64,000 nucleotides of DNA, from assembly GCA_964016885.1 (NCBI GenBank), contig OZ024740.1:249240001-249304000 (forward strand), in the 5' to 3' direction. The position numbers were made by a program, and so were the translations under genes. Source of the stretch: Eledone cirrhosa. Its lineage: Eukaryota. Positions 1-13,454 of this stretch are shown here, one piece after another (positions within the stretch are counted from its first letter, which is position 1; each line of letters starts with the position of its first letter). Under the pieces are notes generated by a model. The model did not search any database, was not told the origin of the DNA, and worked only from the letters and a program-made list of their open reading frames with translations.

Positions 1-260
1 CAGCCATATCTTTTATGTTAGGGACTTTTTATGTTGCACTTCCACACGTCTTGTCTATGGACTGTAGTGCATGATATGCAAGGCCAAACACACTGGTTAG
101 AGAGGCTGAACATCTACGAGACAACCATTTCCATACTGCCAGTCATTCCACAGATCAACTTACTGAACCCCAGACACAAGCCTCCAGTAGGAACAGGGTT
201 TATTTTATTTCTAAATACATCCTATAGCCTTAATAAACCACCCCTTTTCCTCTAATCTAC
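1..260 (+). mobile_element. Degenerate Penelope-like element, GIY-YIG endonuclease remnant
   Basis: Manual translation gives FYVRDFLCCTSTRLVYGL*CMICKAKHTG, then in another frame EHLRDNHFHTASHS. This resembles the PLE pattern CxSxNxVYxxxCxxCxxxYIG...EH...HF. Confidence 0.5.
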
Positions 261-811
261 TCTTCCCATTGCATCCAGTACCATTCCTCATCCACAAGCC
301 CACACAGACCTATTCACACACACTTAGATACTTTACACATACAACAACAACAAATTTAACACACCTATAAATAAACAAACATGTAGAAAGACACACATCA
401 GCACATATACACATGCGTTTCTTACTTAGGGTATAATAGTGTGTTTTTGTTTTTTATTTATTTCAACATATATATATAGGGAGCTCATAGATAGGACAAT
501 ACACGGTTTTTCGTGGGGGTAAGTTTTTACTAATTTTCGTATTCTGAAAGACCAAAATACAACAAAAATTTTTGCTCATTGGAAGCCGGGAATGTTCTGA
601 CAAAAGCTGTGGAAACTATAGAAATATCCATATATTCTTCCAGAGCAATCTCTCGATTTAAAAATATACATTTTACTCTTACTTGTCCGCCATTGCAAAA
701 GGCCATATTCAAATTTTGAAAAGAGAGGAAAAGGGACAAGTGAACTATGAACTTGAACATCTCACTTCCCCCCCCCCCCCCCCCGGCCACCAGAATGACA
801 ATAACAGCTAT

Positions 812-3290
812 ATTCGCTAGGTACTTCTCCTGTAGTTGTCGTACAATGAAAAGAGCGTCTGTGGTACTTTTGCCTGACACAAACCCGGACTGCATTTCAT
901 CTAGATCAATTCTCTCTCTGATTAGTTGCGCTATTACTTTTTCCGTGACATTCATGACCTGGTCGATTAATTTAATGCCTCTATAGTTATACCTATCTAG
1001 GGCGTCTCCTTTACCCTTGTAACAGTTAATGATGATGCTGCTACGCCAGTCCTTCGGAACAACCCCATTCTGTATGACTTGGTTTACTATCCGGGAGACC
1101 ATCGTGTGTCCCACCGTTCCAGAGGCTTTCAGCATCTCAGCAACTATTTCCGAAGGCCCAGCCGCCTTACCCGCCTTCATATCTTTGATTGCCTTACTTA
1201 TTATACTACCTTCGACTAACACTGCTGGTCCCTCTATTGGATCGATGTGGGGGAGATTGTCTTTCTCCCATTTATTCTCTTCATTTAGAAGCCTTTCGTA
1301 GTGACTCTTCCAAGCTACCTTCTTATCGGCGTCAGTGATGGCAAGTACGCCTTCATCATTAAGTACACACTTCTCCCCGACAATATCACGGTTTTCCTTG
1401 ACACATTGCCTAGCAATCCTGAACACCTCACGTTTTTGGTCCTCGCGTTGTAGAACATGCTTGAACTTTCTTTCCTCTGCTTCCCTTCTTGCGAAGTACA
1501 CTTGTCTCCTAGCCACTTGATAGTCTTCTCTACTTCCCCCATCCCGCCATACTTTCCAAGCCTGCTTTTGGGCCTTAATTGACTCCTCCACCTTACTGTT
1601 CCACCACCATGTTACTCTCCTCCTACCTACAGGCCTGCTCCAGCCACAGACTTCGTCTGCCGCCGTCAGCAGGTTTGCCTTCAGGAATGTTCACTGTTCC
1701 TCTATATTATACGACTCTAATTGCTCTTCCTTACTGTCGAAAGCATCAAGTAATATGCTTTGAAATTTATTTCTGGCTGTGGGGTCCTTTAGCTTCCATA
1801 TATGAGGTCGCTAATTATCAGTCTATGTTGGGAGGTGCATTCTTCATGGGGGAGGGATTTAGTGTTAACAACAGACACTCTGTCACGTCTTCTGGTAAGG
1901 ATATAATCTACCTGGCTTGTATGTTCCCCCGATCTATAGGTGATCAAGTGATTGTCTCGTTTTTTGAAGTTAGTGTTACAGATAGTTAGGTTATTTGCGT
2001 CACAGAATTCCAGGATTCTGGAGCCTTCCTCATTTCTAGTACCGAACCCATAGCCTCCATGGATTCCGTCATAGCCGTCACAATGTTGTCCAACGTGACC
2101 GTTTAGGTCGCCTGCAATAATTATATAGTCACTGTCGGTTATTTGGGAGGTAGCGAGCATCAGTGTCTCATAGAATCGGTCTTTTATAGCGCCTGGCAGT
2201 CCGGATCGGGGTGCGTACGCAGATATTACTGTCACCGTAGTTCTATTGAGGACAAGTCTTATTTTCATTATTCTGTCGTTCACTCTATTTACGTCTATTA
2301 TCTTATCTGCCCACTTTTCTGCTACCATGATTCCTACTCCACCCAGCCCATTGTCATTTCCCACCCAGAAAATCTTATAGCATCGTTCTTTACCCACGAT
2401 GAATCTAACAGACCCTCCCCTCCACCTGGTCTCTTGAATACAACAAACATCGACCTCCTTACGTTCGAGCATTTCTACAACCTCGTTGCCTACATTCATG
2501 GTACCAACTCTGAAGTTTTGGATTGCGTTTGGAGGGTGGGAGCGGTGGGGAGCGGGGGGGATAGCGGAGTTGGGGTTATGTTAGCCATCCGCGGCCGAAA
2601 CAAGGAGGAGTGCTTGCGTTCTCGTCCACGAGGTGAATTTGTCTTTATCTTTGGCATTGTCGCTGAGCGTCCAGATTTTTCTCTTCAACTCTCCAGAATT
2701 CCGTAGCCCATCCATCATATCGGAAGGCAACCAGGTAAGAGATAGTATAGGCCTCTGACTTATGATTGGTCCACGTAATAATGGTGGTGCATGGGGGCGG
2801 GAGGGATGTTGGGTAGTTAGCGAGAAGGTAAGGTTATAAATAAGATCCCCGTATTTTGGGCATAATTTAACAAGCACAAGAATTGTTTTGGAAAATACGA
2901 TAGGGAAAATATAGAGAATGGTGAATGAATGGAACTAACGGGTTAAAAATGGAGAGAGAATGGAGAAAATATTTGTCGACGTTATATTATACCAATGAAA
3001 CAGCCATACCGGAATAGGGATGTAGCGATTCTGATTTTTTCGTATTTGGTAGGGTTTATCTTATATGTATAGAGAGGGGGGGGGGGTGACCTCGAAACCA
3101 GCATGATGTATGGGTTAGGGAGAAGATAGGATGGGGCAGCGAAGAGTTTAAATAAAGCACTCGAGGTTTGGCGTAAAACTTAGCCAACATAAAATATATT
3201 TAAAAGAATATATAAGAAGGATTTGTTATGTTTTGAAAATACGACAGAATTAAGGTTTGGAAAATACGAGATGGTAAGGTTATAAATATG
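812..3290 (-). mobile_element. RTE-clade LINE family B, 5' half (5' region, APE, N-terminal RT), frameshifted
   Basis: ORF 1789-2499 has APE motifs (CIQETRW, SAYAP, AGDLNGH, SQVDY). ORF 530-1591 has RT motifs (KAAGP, NYRGIKL, QSGF, STTDALF). The upstream sequence is homologous to 23290-24050. Confidence 0.92.
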
Positions 3291-3304
3291 TATATATATA
3301 TTGT

Positions 3305-3680
3305 CTGCAGCAGCAGCATCAGTGAAATGAAGAGCAGCAGCAGCAGCAAAAGCAACAACAGCAACAACAACAACTGCTACCACCATCACTGACACCATCC
3401 ACTACCACCATCCACCATCTTCACCAATATCACTGGCACCATTCACCACCATCCACCACCTTCACCACCACCACTACTACCACCGCCACCATCACTGGCA
3501 CCATCCACCATCACCATCACTGGCATCATCCACCAGCACCATCACTGACACCATCCACCACCGTCACCACCACTAACATCACCACCATCACTGACACCAT
3601 CACCATCACTGACACCATCCACCACCATCACTGGCACCATCCACCACCATCACCACCACCACCACCACCACAATCACCAG
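3305..3680. repeat. (CAG)/(CAA)/(CAC/CAT) low-complexity repeat
   Basis: Directly visible imperfect trinucleotide repeats with recurring accatcactg(a/g)caccatcc units. Confidence 0.9.
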
Positions 3681-3780
3681 TGTAAAGCAAACAATTATTA
3701 TTATATAAAAACTGAACTGGACTGGGAAAAGGTCAACAGTTGATATGATTATGATTTTGATTTTGTATCAGTACTGACGG

Positions 3781-4005
<225 letters not shown>

Positions 4006-4009
4006 CATG

Positions 4010-6730
4010 TCGTATCAATAAGTGGATTTTTTTTATGACCATGCTGTAAAATGGAGTGGTAGAGAGGGCCCTTGAGTCTAGTAAGACATCCTCTATAGGG
4101 CTTGTGGCACAAATAAAAGCACCCAGTCCATGCTGTAAAGTGGCACTGGTGTTAGGAAGGGCATCCAACCAGTGTATCAATGCCAAAAAGCTTATCAGCA
4201 CAGCAACAAATAGATAGGAACAACAAAATATGAAGGCGTCGCATCTCAGAGTTGCAACACTTAATGTTGGCACTCTCAGAGGTAGATCTGCTGAAATAGT
4301 GGAGATGCTGGAGAGAAGGCATGTGGATGTGTGCTGCGTGCAAGAGGTCAGATGGAGAGGTGCCTCTGCGAAACTAGTCGTAGGCAAACATCTTAGCTAT
4401 AAGCTTTTCTGGGTAGGTAAGGATGATGGGTTAAGGGGAGTAGCCATTTTCCTGGCTGAGAGATGGATCAATAAGACAATAGAGGTAGTTCGAGTTAGTA
4501 ATCGAATAATTAAGCTTAGATTTGTTGTAGGCAGGAGACTACTGACAATCATCTCTGCCTATGCTCCCCAAGCAGGCCTAGGCAAAGAAGAGAAAGACTG
4601 CTTTTACGAGCAACTTTTACAAACAACTGCAATGACAGAAGACGGAGACATCATTATGCTAGCAGGGGACTTCAATGATCATGTTGGACAGCTCCAGGAT
4701 GGTTACACTGGGGTACATGGTGGGCACGGTTACGGCTCAAGAAATGAAGAAGGAGTGAGACTTCTTGAATTTTGTGATGCAAGTACACTATTTGCAATAC
4801 TAACTTCCAGACACATGCCAACCACCTAATAACCTACAAATCTGACGAGCACATAAGCCAGATTGACTTCTTACTAGTTAGGCAGCGAGACAGGCAGATA
4901 GTGTCTAATACCAGGGCATACCCTGGGGAAGAATGTACCCCACAGCATAGGTTAGTCGTTAGTGATATCTCAGTAAGCAAGAGATGGAATGAGACATACC
5001 GGAAGGTGAGGAGAAGAAAGGTCTGGAAGCTAAAAGACCTTTCACTAAAATACAAATTTAGGAAAGCCCTTCAAGATGTGTATGACGAAAAAGAAGACGA
5101 TTTAGAGACATATGACATAGATAATAACTGGAATTTCTTACGTGGCAACTTACTGCATGCTACTGATGAAACTTGTGGCTGGAGCCGAGCTCCAACCAGA
5201 CAGAGAGTGACCTGGTGGTGGAACAGCACAGTAGATAAGGCCATTAGAGACAAAAGACTAGCATGGAAGGCTTGGAAAAAGGGTGGGAGTAGGGAAGGAT
5301 ATAGAGCCGCTAAGAGAGAAGCTAGACGTCAGGTGTACTTAGTACGCAGGGAGGCTGAGAGTAGAAGGTTTGCCAATGTTCTGCGACGGGAAGAAGAGTA
5401 CAACAGATGCTCTCTTCTTGGTGAGACAATTACAAGAGAGGTTCTTACAGAAAAATAAGCCACTATACTTAGCCTTTGTTGACCTAGAGAAGGCCTTTGA
5501 TAGGGTACCCCGATCTGTCATCTGGTGGTTCCTAAGGAAACTAGGTGTTGAGAAATGGCTTGTGAGGACATTGCAAACTTTGTACAGAGGTACTGTCAGT
5601 AAAGTCAGGGTAGCAATGGAGTTTAGTGAGGAATTCCAGATACAAGTAGGAGTACATCAAGGTTCGGTCTTCAGCCCGCTCTTGTTCATTATAGTCCTCC
5701 AAGCCATAACAGAGGAGTTTAAGACTGGCTGTCCATGGGAACTTCTCTTTGCTGACCATTTGATAGCAGAATCAGTAGAGGAGCTAGAGAAATTCTGGCT
5801 ATGGAAACAGCAGTTGGAAGCAAGAGGACTGAGAGTGAACCTAGCTAAGACAAAAGTGTTCATGAGTAGAAAAGAGGACAAAACTCTGATTCCGTCAGGC
5901 CATGTTCGATATGCAGAAAATGAACTGACATAAATTCTATAAAATGCACACAGTGCAGATCCTGGGTACACAAGAGATGTAGCGGGATAGCAGGCAAACT
6001 AACAGGTCGGAAGAAATATGTATGCAGTAGATGTACAGGGAAATTAGACAGTAGAAGTCGCATTGATAGACATATTTTTCAAATGCAGGCGGGTGCTATA
6101 GAAGTGGTGGATAGCTCCCGGTACCTAGGAGATCAGATTAGCATGGGAGGGGGGGGGGTTCCGAGGCCATAGTATCTAGAAAAAGGACAGGTTGGAAGAA
6201 GTTTCGGGAGCTGCTTCCTCTGCTGACGAAGAAGGGTTTCTCCCTGCGTACGAAAGGCCAGTTATATGATGCCTGTGTGAGGAGCACAATGCTGCATGGT
6301 AGTGAGACATGGGCAGCAACTGCAGAGGATATGCGACGGCTGGAGAGAAATGAGGCAAGCATGCCCGTTGGATGTGCAGTGTCAATGTGCGTGAACGACC
6401 CAGCATGAATGTGTTGAGAGAGAAACTGTGTCTGAGAGGGATAGAATGTAGTGTGCGAGAGAGGAGACTGAGATGGTATGGACATGTGATGTGCATGGAG
6501 GATGACCGATGGGTGAAGAAGTGCCAGGAAATTCCAGTTGAAGGAAGACGTGGTAGAGGTAGACCACGAAAAACATGGGCAGAGGTGGTGAGAACAGACC
6601 TTAGATCACTCAAGCTCATGGTGGAGATGACAAAGGACCCTGACAAGTGGAGAGATGCTGTGCTGAATAAGACCCGTCACACCGTTGCAAGCAGGGAAGA
6701 GCGGACGTAAAATGATGATGATGATGATGA
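4010..6730 (+). mobile_element. RTE-clade LINE family C, near full span, internally deleted and frameshifted
   Basis: APE ORF 4230-4829 ([24 protein letters not shown]); RT pieces (FVDLEKAFD, GVHQGSVFSP, FAD); C-terminal RLRWYGHV and GRPRKTW; (TGA)n tail. The ORF jumps from RREE to STTDALF near 5395. Confidence 0.92.
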
Positions 6731-6952
6731 GCTTGAAGTTGAGTTTCTTTTTTTTTAAATAAACGGATCCATAAGGAACAGATACATGTTTGTCACTAAT
6801 AATTTCTTTTATATTTGATATATACACTGAGAAGCTACAATCATACACAATGTTAATACAAGACACTTAAAAAACAACCATAATAAATATATAGACCTTC
6901 CCATGAATATATATGGTGATACATACAAAAAATTTAAAGTAACACAAACACA

Positions 6953-7275
6953 TGGAGGCACATGGCTTAGTGGTTAGAGCATTAGCCTTGCAATCGAAAG
7001 GTTGTGAGTTCAATTCTCAGACCGGGTGATGTGTTGTTTCCTTGAGCAAGACACTTTATTTCACATTGCTCCATGAGATGATAGGAACTGGGGTCCCTAT
7101 CATTCCACTGCAAAGTGGTCGTAGAGGTGCCACGGCAAAAAAGCACCCAGCACTCACTGTAAATGAGGTTGGTGTTAGGAAGGGCATCCAGCTGTAGAAA
7201 TCAAGCCAGAATTAGTTCCGCCCCACCCTTGCAAGCAGGGAAAAGTGGACGTAAAATGAAATGATGAATGAAATG
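6953..7275 (+). mobile_element. tRNA-derived SINE with RTE-derived 3' part
   Basis: A box TGGCTTAGTGG and B box GAGTTCAATTC, central ccttgagcaagacacttt, and a 3' end shared with the LINEs. Three copies in the window. Confidence 0.88.
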
Positions 7276-7379
7276 AAACACACTCACATATCCCCCTTTT
7301 TCTATTATATATTTTCTTATCTATCTACATACTCTGTTATGAAATGATACGTTGAACTTCTATTCTCTCTTTCATCCAA

Positions 7380-7620
7380 AGTGTGAACCTAATAACATTG
7401 TTTTTGTATATCTATGTTTGTCGTTTTGTATATCTATGTAGTGCCATGCTAAGTTGCCTGATTTGATAGTACACAGGTACACTATACTTGATTCCAGGCA
7501 TCTATTTTGAAGTGGGCATTTATCCGGCAGGTGGCAGTTATACTTGGAGGCCTTCCTGTGTGCTGGTTCTCCATTGCGATCAATTTTCTGTAGGCACAAA
7601 GCAGCTACCAAGTTCTGCAA
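7380..7620 (-). mobile_element. Penelope-like element endonuclease fragment
   Basis: ORF 7372-7719 contains YNCHLPDKCPLQNRCLESSIVYLCTIKSGNLAWHYID, the Cys-rich linker plus a GIY-YIG-like VY...YI. Confidence 0.75.
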
Positions 7621-8299
7621 CCTCAAACCAGCATGATTCAACCCAGCAATCTCAGAATTCAAGCAGGACCGGGGGGGGGGGGGGGGGGGGGTTAATGTAC
7701 TAGCTCCACACCACCCCACTGTTATTAGCTGTCAACTGACCAACTGGTCATTAAATCAACATCATAAATCTCCCAACCTTTCTTTCACTCTCTCTCTATA
7801 TCCAGAGATTATATATATATCATCACTGCCCCTTTCACTTTTTATTCTCTATCTATCTACTCCTTCCCCATCCTTAACCCTACCCTTTGTCTCAGCCTCC
7901 AATCCTTACCCTCACTCTCTGTCTACTGTCCCTTATCTCTTCCTCTCTTACTTATTATTTATCTTTTATCTGTTATTTTTTAATCTTTTTTATTTTAATT
8001 CTCTGAGATTTGATTATACCTCTTGCATATATACTACATATCATATATTTCGTATTTCTTTTCATGTTATTGTCATCACTATTTTACACATCTACTTACT
8101 CACCACTATAACTTCAACTACCACCACCACCACTACTACTACCAGCAATCTTATTCTGTACTTATTTTTTTGCTTAATTTTTACATCTTTATCATTTTCA
8201 TTCTAATTTCTTTATTATTATCCTTTATTATCTTATTGTTTTCATTCACTTGATTCTCCCATGTATCTATAAATACCGATGCCATGTGTTACACCCTCC

Positions 8300-8407
8300 A
8301 ATATTCCAATGATTTGATCAGAGACACAGTGTATTTAGAGTCGAGTGACGCAACTTCGAGTGATTAGCGGCCTTTAGACTCACCTGATCAATGAAACAAT
8401 TAATACT
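8300..8407 (+). ncRNA. Decayed type I hammerhead-like motif with long stem II
   Basis: CCAATGA (two changes from CTGATGA)-t-TTGATCAG...CTGATCAA-t-GAAA. The core is damaged and stem III is incomplete. Confidence 0.35.
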
Positions 8408-8487
8408 GTAAATAAAACCCTTTTTGTACAGCCGACCATGTTATTCTTCACACTTTCACTACTATGAATATATATATAAATATATAT

Positions 8488-9180
8488 ATATGAATATCAC
8501 TCCTCACACAGGCATCATATAACCGGCTTTTCGTACGCAGGGAGAAACCCTTCTTCGTCAGCAGAGGAAGCAGCTCCCTAAACTTCTTCCAACCTGTCCT
8601 TATTCTAGATAGTATGGCCTCAGAACAGCCCCCTCCCATGCTAATCTGATCTCCTAGGTACCAGAAGCTATCAACCACTTCTATAGCACCCACCTGCATT
8701 TGAAAAATGTGCCTATCAATGCGACTTCTACTGTCTAATTTCCCTGTACATCTACTGTATACGTATTTCTCCCTACCTGTTAGTTTGCCTGCTATCCCAC
8801 TACATTTCTTGTATACCAAAGATCTGCATTGTGTGCATTTTATAGAATTTATGCCAGTTCCTTTTCTGCATATTGAACATGGCCATTTCCCTGACGGAAT
8901 CAGAGTTTTGTCCTCTTTTCTACTCAACACTTTTGTCTTAGCTAGGTTCACTCTCAGTCCTCTTGCTTCCAACTGCTGTTTCCAAAGCCAGAATTTATTC
9001 TCCAGCTCCTCTACTGATTCTGCTATAAGAACCAGATCGTCAGCATAGAGAAGTTCCCATGGACAGCCAGTCTTAAACGCCTCTGTTATGGCTTGGACTA
9101 TAATGAACAAGAGCGGGCTGAGGACCTGATGTACCCCTACTTGTATCTGGAATTCCTCACTAAACTCAATTCCTACCCTC
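8488..9180 (-). mobile_element. RTE LINE family C internal fragment (RT plus PHD-like finger)
   Basis: ORF 8448-9182 has YADD, GLRVNLAKTK, CSIC...CTQC and YLG. Confidence 0.9.
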
Positions 9181-9191
9181 ACATATATATA

Positions 9192-10026
9192 TCATCATCA
9201 TCATCATCATCATCACCGTTTTACGTCCGTTCTTCCACGCTAGCATGGGTTAGACGGGTTGTCCTGTTGTGGGCAGTGTCTGGTCGGCTGACCATGCCTT
9301 GCTCATACAGGAACTGATCTGGCTTGATTTCTACAGCTGGATGTCCTTCCTAACACCAACCTCATTTACAGTGAGTGCTGGGTGCTTTTTCGTGGCGCCT
9401 ACACGTCCACTTTACAGTGTGGGCTGGGTGCTTTTTTGCCGTGGCACCTCCACGACCACCTTGCGGTGGGGGGGGGGGGGGGCATATTGTTTATATGCTT
9501 CAGCATGTACCCATGGGAGGTCGGGTACCCTGTATTACTGCGTGACGCCAGAAGTCACGGTCGTGTGTCATTGACTTTGAGAGGTGTAGTTGGGTAAGGT
9601 CGGCTTTTATCACCTCATCCCAAGTCATCTTGGGTCTCCCCACTCCGCGGTTTCCATCAACTTCTAGTGCTCTGCACCTTTTTATGCAGCTGTCATCCTT
9701 CATACGCATCACATGTCCATACCAGCGTAACCGCCTCTCCTGCACGCAGCATTTGATTCCTCTTATGCTCAGTCTCTCTCTCAATTCATTTATGCTTTGT
9801 CGTTCACGTATATTACTGTTACACATCCATCGGAGCATGCAGGCTTCGTTTCTCTCTAATCTACGTAAGTCTTCCACCTTCAGCGCCCAGGTCTCACTAC
9901 CATGCAACATCGCTGTTCGGATACACGCATCATACAGTCTGCCTTTCATTCTGAGGGAGAAGCCTTTTGCAGCTAGCAGTGGTAGTAGTTCCCTAAACTT
10001 CTTCCATCCCGTTCTTACCCTAGTTA
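9192..10026 (-). mobile_element. RTE LINE family A, 5'-truncated young copy
   Basis: Translation from ITRVRTGWKK to the stop is identical to the C-terminus of ORF 55082-57577; same 3' UTR and (TGA)n tail. Confidence 0.95.
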
Positions 10027-10069
10027 TATGAATATGAATATATCTATATGAATATATATATATATATAT

Positions 10070-10706
10070 ATTTCGGTTCTGAATTTGTTTAGCAAGATTC
10101 TTTATCTGAAAACGTGTGTTGAAACCGATATTGTTATACTTTGGGAGGGTCATGTTGCCAATAAGAAACACACGCACCAGTTGCTTTCACTTCAATTTAT
10201 TATATATTTATAAATTTACAAATTTACAAATCTATAAATTTCTGGTTGGTTGGTTGGTTCCACAACCAGATAGTTGTTTATATATAGTCATAGTCCTTTC
10301 GTCACACATTCTGTGACCTCTTCAGTGACTGGGGATTCCTTTCTTTGTTTCTGTGCCTTTCCTTTCTTCTGTCCTACGCCATTTTGTTTCTGTGTGTGTG
10401 TTGTGTGCTCAGTTTGCGCATGCGCCACATCCGGGTGTCTGTGTGTGTTTATGTTCATTTATCTATTTGTTTATTTATTTATTTATTTACATGTTATTGG
10501 TTGGTTGTTTGTTCTATGTGTGTGTGTGTTTTCATTTTGTCCTTAATTGTAAGTTGTGATGTTGCTGTTCCACTCATATTTTCTATTTAATTTTGGTTGT
10601 AATTCTTTTATGTTTATTGCTTCTGTAATTTGTCTAAACATTGCATCTTTTCTGTGTGTAGATTCTATTTTTATTTCTATGTTCTCTAATTTACCCTTGT
10701 GTTCTA
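10070..10706 (-). mobile_element. Penelope-like element 3' end (EN C-terminus plus pseudo-LTR)
   Basis: Manual minus-strand translation HKGKLENIEIKIESTHRKDAMFRQITEAINIKELQPKLNRKYEW, followed by a hammerhead. Homologous to 53742-54275. Confidence 0.8.
10286..10330 (-). ncRNA. Minimal type I hammerhead ribozyme in PLE pseudo-LTR
   Basis: agtca CTGAAGA g GTCACA gaatg TGTGAC GAAA ggac TA tgact; stem I 5 bp, stem II 6 bp. Confidence 0.8.
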
Positions 10707-11286
10707 TAGAACACAAGGGTAAATTTCCTGTCTTTCCACATGTGCGTTTTATTTTTCATAATCACGCATGATGGTGAACTAGTCTGTTTTTAATTCCCTT
10801 TTTGGCATATTAATCAGTGAGAAATTTTGGTTATCGGGTTGAGCTCTGCTGAGGATCGAATTCCAACCGTGACCATCTCCACTGAAAGTTTTCGTGAAAT
10901 AGTCTTTAAGACTATACAGATCATTTGAAGTTTTTTTTCCAAATTGAAGGATGAGTATTTTAAACTTTATTTTATCATGAGTTAAGGCTCGATTGATTTT
11001 TTCCCTGGATTTCACTAAATTCTGTTGATGAATCTATATCCTGATTCTCTTTGAGTTGAGTTTGAATTATTTTTCCCACATCTTACGTTAACTATTTTTC
11101 CCATTTTGACACTATAGTCACATATATTATGGAATACTATTGGCTTTTTGCTACAATGTTTTCTGTACGTTTCATTTATATATATATATATATATATAGT
11201 AATAATAATAAATTTGAAGACTAAAATCCAAAGAGGGCTCGATAAGGATAAATATATATCAATATAAGAATCGTAGAGCAAATATA

Positions 11287-11495
11287 TCATCATCATCATC
11301 ATCACCGTTTTTCTTCTGTTCTTCCATGCTAGCAAGGGTTAGACGGGTTGTCCTGTTGTGGGCAGTGTCCAGTCAGCTGACCTTGTCTTGCTCATACTGG
11401 AACTGATTCTGGCTAGATTTCTACAGCGGGATGCCCTTCCTAACACCAACCTCATTTACAATGAGTACTGGGTGCCTTTTTTCCGTGGCGCCTGG
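11287..11495 (-). mobile_element. RTE LINE 3' UTR fragment with (TGA)n tail
   Basis: Similar to the family A 3' UTR at 57670-57880. Confidence 0.85.
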
Positions 11496-11499
11496 AACA

Positions 11500-13107
11500 C
11501 CCTGCCAGGCCATGTCTATAATTTTGAGGCAGGCTACGATAGTGTAATGTTCTTTCCAGAATACTAAGGGTGAGGTTTGTTTTTCGTAACCTCAAAGCAG
11601 CGCCGGAAGAGATACTTGGTGAAGAGCTTTTTAAAATTCGAAATCACCTGCTGGTCCATGGGCTGAAGGATAGGGTGGTGTTGGTTGGACGGTACAAGAC
11701 CTTAATAAACTTGAATTCTTCTAAGATGTCATCCTCGAGATTTGGTGGGTGTGCAGGAGCATTGTCAAGGACGAGTAAGGCTTTCAGGGGCAGGTTATTA
11801 TCTAAAAGATACTTCTTGACTGCAGGACCAAAAACCAGGTTATGACTCTTAAAGGCCCTGGGGTTTTCCGAGTGATATACGAGCAGCGGTTTAATCTTTA
11901 AATCACCACTCGCATTTGCACACAGTGCAAGGGTCAACCTATCCTTCATAGGTTTGTGGCCTGGTAAGCTCTTCTCCTCTGCTGTTATGTACGTTCTCCT
12001 TGGCATCTTTTTTCCAAAATAGCCCTGTCTCGTCACAGTTAAAGACTTGCTGGGGGATGTATCCTTCGGCTTCTACCAGTTCACCAAAAAATGAAGTAAA
12101 TTCTTCAGCTGCCTTAAAATCTGAGCTTGCAGCCTCACCATGCCTGATGACGGAGTGAATGCCAGTCCTCTTTTTAAAATTATCAAACCATCCCCGACTG
12201 GCTTTGAATGACTCTTCTGATGCCTCGTCTGAGGATGATCCCGCCGTCTGCCGCACCAAATCTCCATAAATAACTCGTGCCTTCTCACAGATGATGGTCT
12301 CAGTTACGGTATCTCCAGCGAGCTGCTTCTCGGTCAACCACCCCAACACCAACTTTTCCATCTCTTCATGGACAGAGGTCCGGAGCTTAGAAATTATCTT
12401 AACACCCTTGGCTGGTGTCATAGCCTTTATTGAATCCTTTTCAAAATAGTACATATTGTAGAAGTACTACGATCGTACTCCTTTGCCAAGTCAATAACAC
12501 GCACATCACGCTTATGTTTTTCTACGATTTCGTGCTTAATATCCATAGTCATCATCCTTTTCTTTTTCTCGCCAGTGTTCTTGGCACTCACTTTCTTAGG
12601 ACTCATGGTTGAAACTAAGATTTTTCTCGAAATAAACCAAAAGCAACTAAAATCACAACAGTAACACAACAGAGATGCTTCACGCCGAGGTTACCATGTG
12701 GACTGACCGCTCTCAGGGGGTTACTGAATTAATTTCGCCCGGTGAACACCAACGAAAGTTACTCCATTCGTTTATATCCGTAAAGTGACTAAAACAAATG
12801 TAATATATTTACGGTTAGGGTTAGGGTTATTTTTTAGGGTTATGGTTAGGGTTAGGGTTAAATTAACCTTAACCATAAATATATTACATTTGTTTTAAGC
12901 TTTAGTCACTTTACGGATATAAACGACGGGAGTAACTTTGGTTGGGGTTGACCGGGCGAAATTAATTCTGCACCCCTTCTCAGGCACCCGCTAGCTCGTA
13001 GCTCGTATCTCAAAACTCAGTTCGTATCACAAGGCAAAAAGTTAGCTGAGTGATGGCTCGTATCTCAAAAAGCTTGTATGTCGGTTCACTCGTATCTCAA
13101 GGTATCA

Positions 13108-13110
<3 letters not shown>
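11500..13110 (-). mobile_element. Tigger/pogo-family DNA transposon, degenerate
   Basis: N-terminal HTH (RSTSTICTILK), CENP-B-type HTH (FKASRGWFDNFKKR), FNCDETGLFWK, and DDE segment LLVLDNAPAHP. Terminus reads TA|CAGTGATACCTTGAGATACGAG at 13110. Confidence 0.92.
12717..12976. mobile_element. Fold-back MITE with internal TTAGGG repeats, nested in the Tigger
   Basis: Imperfect inverted repeats of about 100 bp (GGGGttactgaattaatttcgcccgg / ccgggcgaaattaattctgcaCCCC), with flanking ctctcag and ttctcag as a probable TSD. Confidence 0.85.
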
Positions 13111-13143
<33 letters not shown>

Positions 13144-13225
13144 GCATATATATACACAAACATACATATACAGACATACACATATACACACACATTTATA
13201 AATACATATACAAACATATACATAT

Positions 13226-13288
<63 letters not shown>

Positions 13289-13454
13289 CGTATATGTATG
13301 TTAAGACTGCGAACTCATAAATAAAAAAGTAAATAAATATAACAAATACGCGTGCACATACATATATACACAAGCATATAAACACACTAGTCTGCAAACA
13401 TATACATATGCAAATACATAGGTAAAAATAAAATAAAATATAAAAACATAGATA

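Noticed and set aside
6953-7030. tRNA gene (also about 32490 and 46750)
   Set aside because: A and B boxes are present but no convincing acceptor stem, and the sequence continues into a shared SINE body and tail.
12812-12862. Telomere or chromosome-fusion relic
   Set aside because: Only a few repeats, and they are internal to a MITE.
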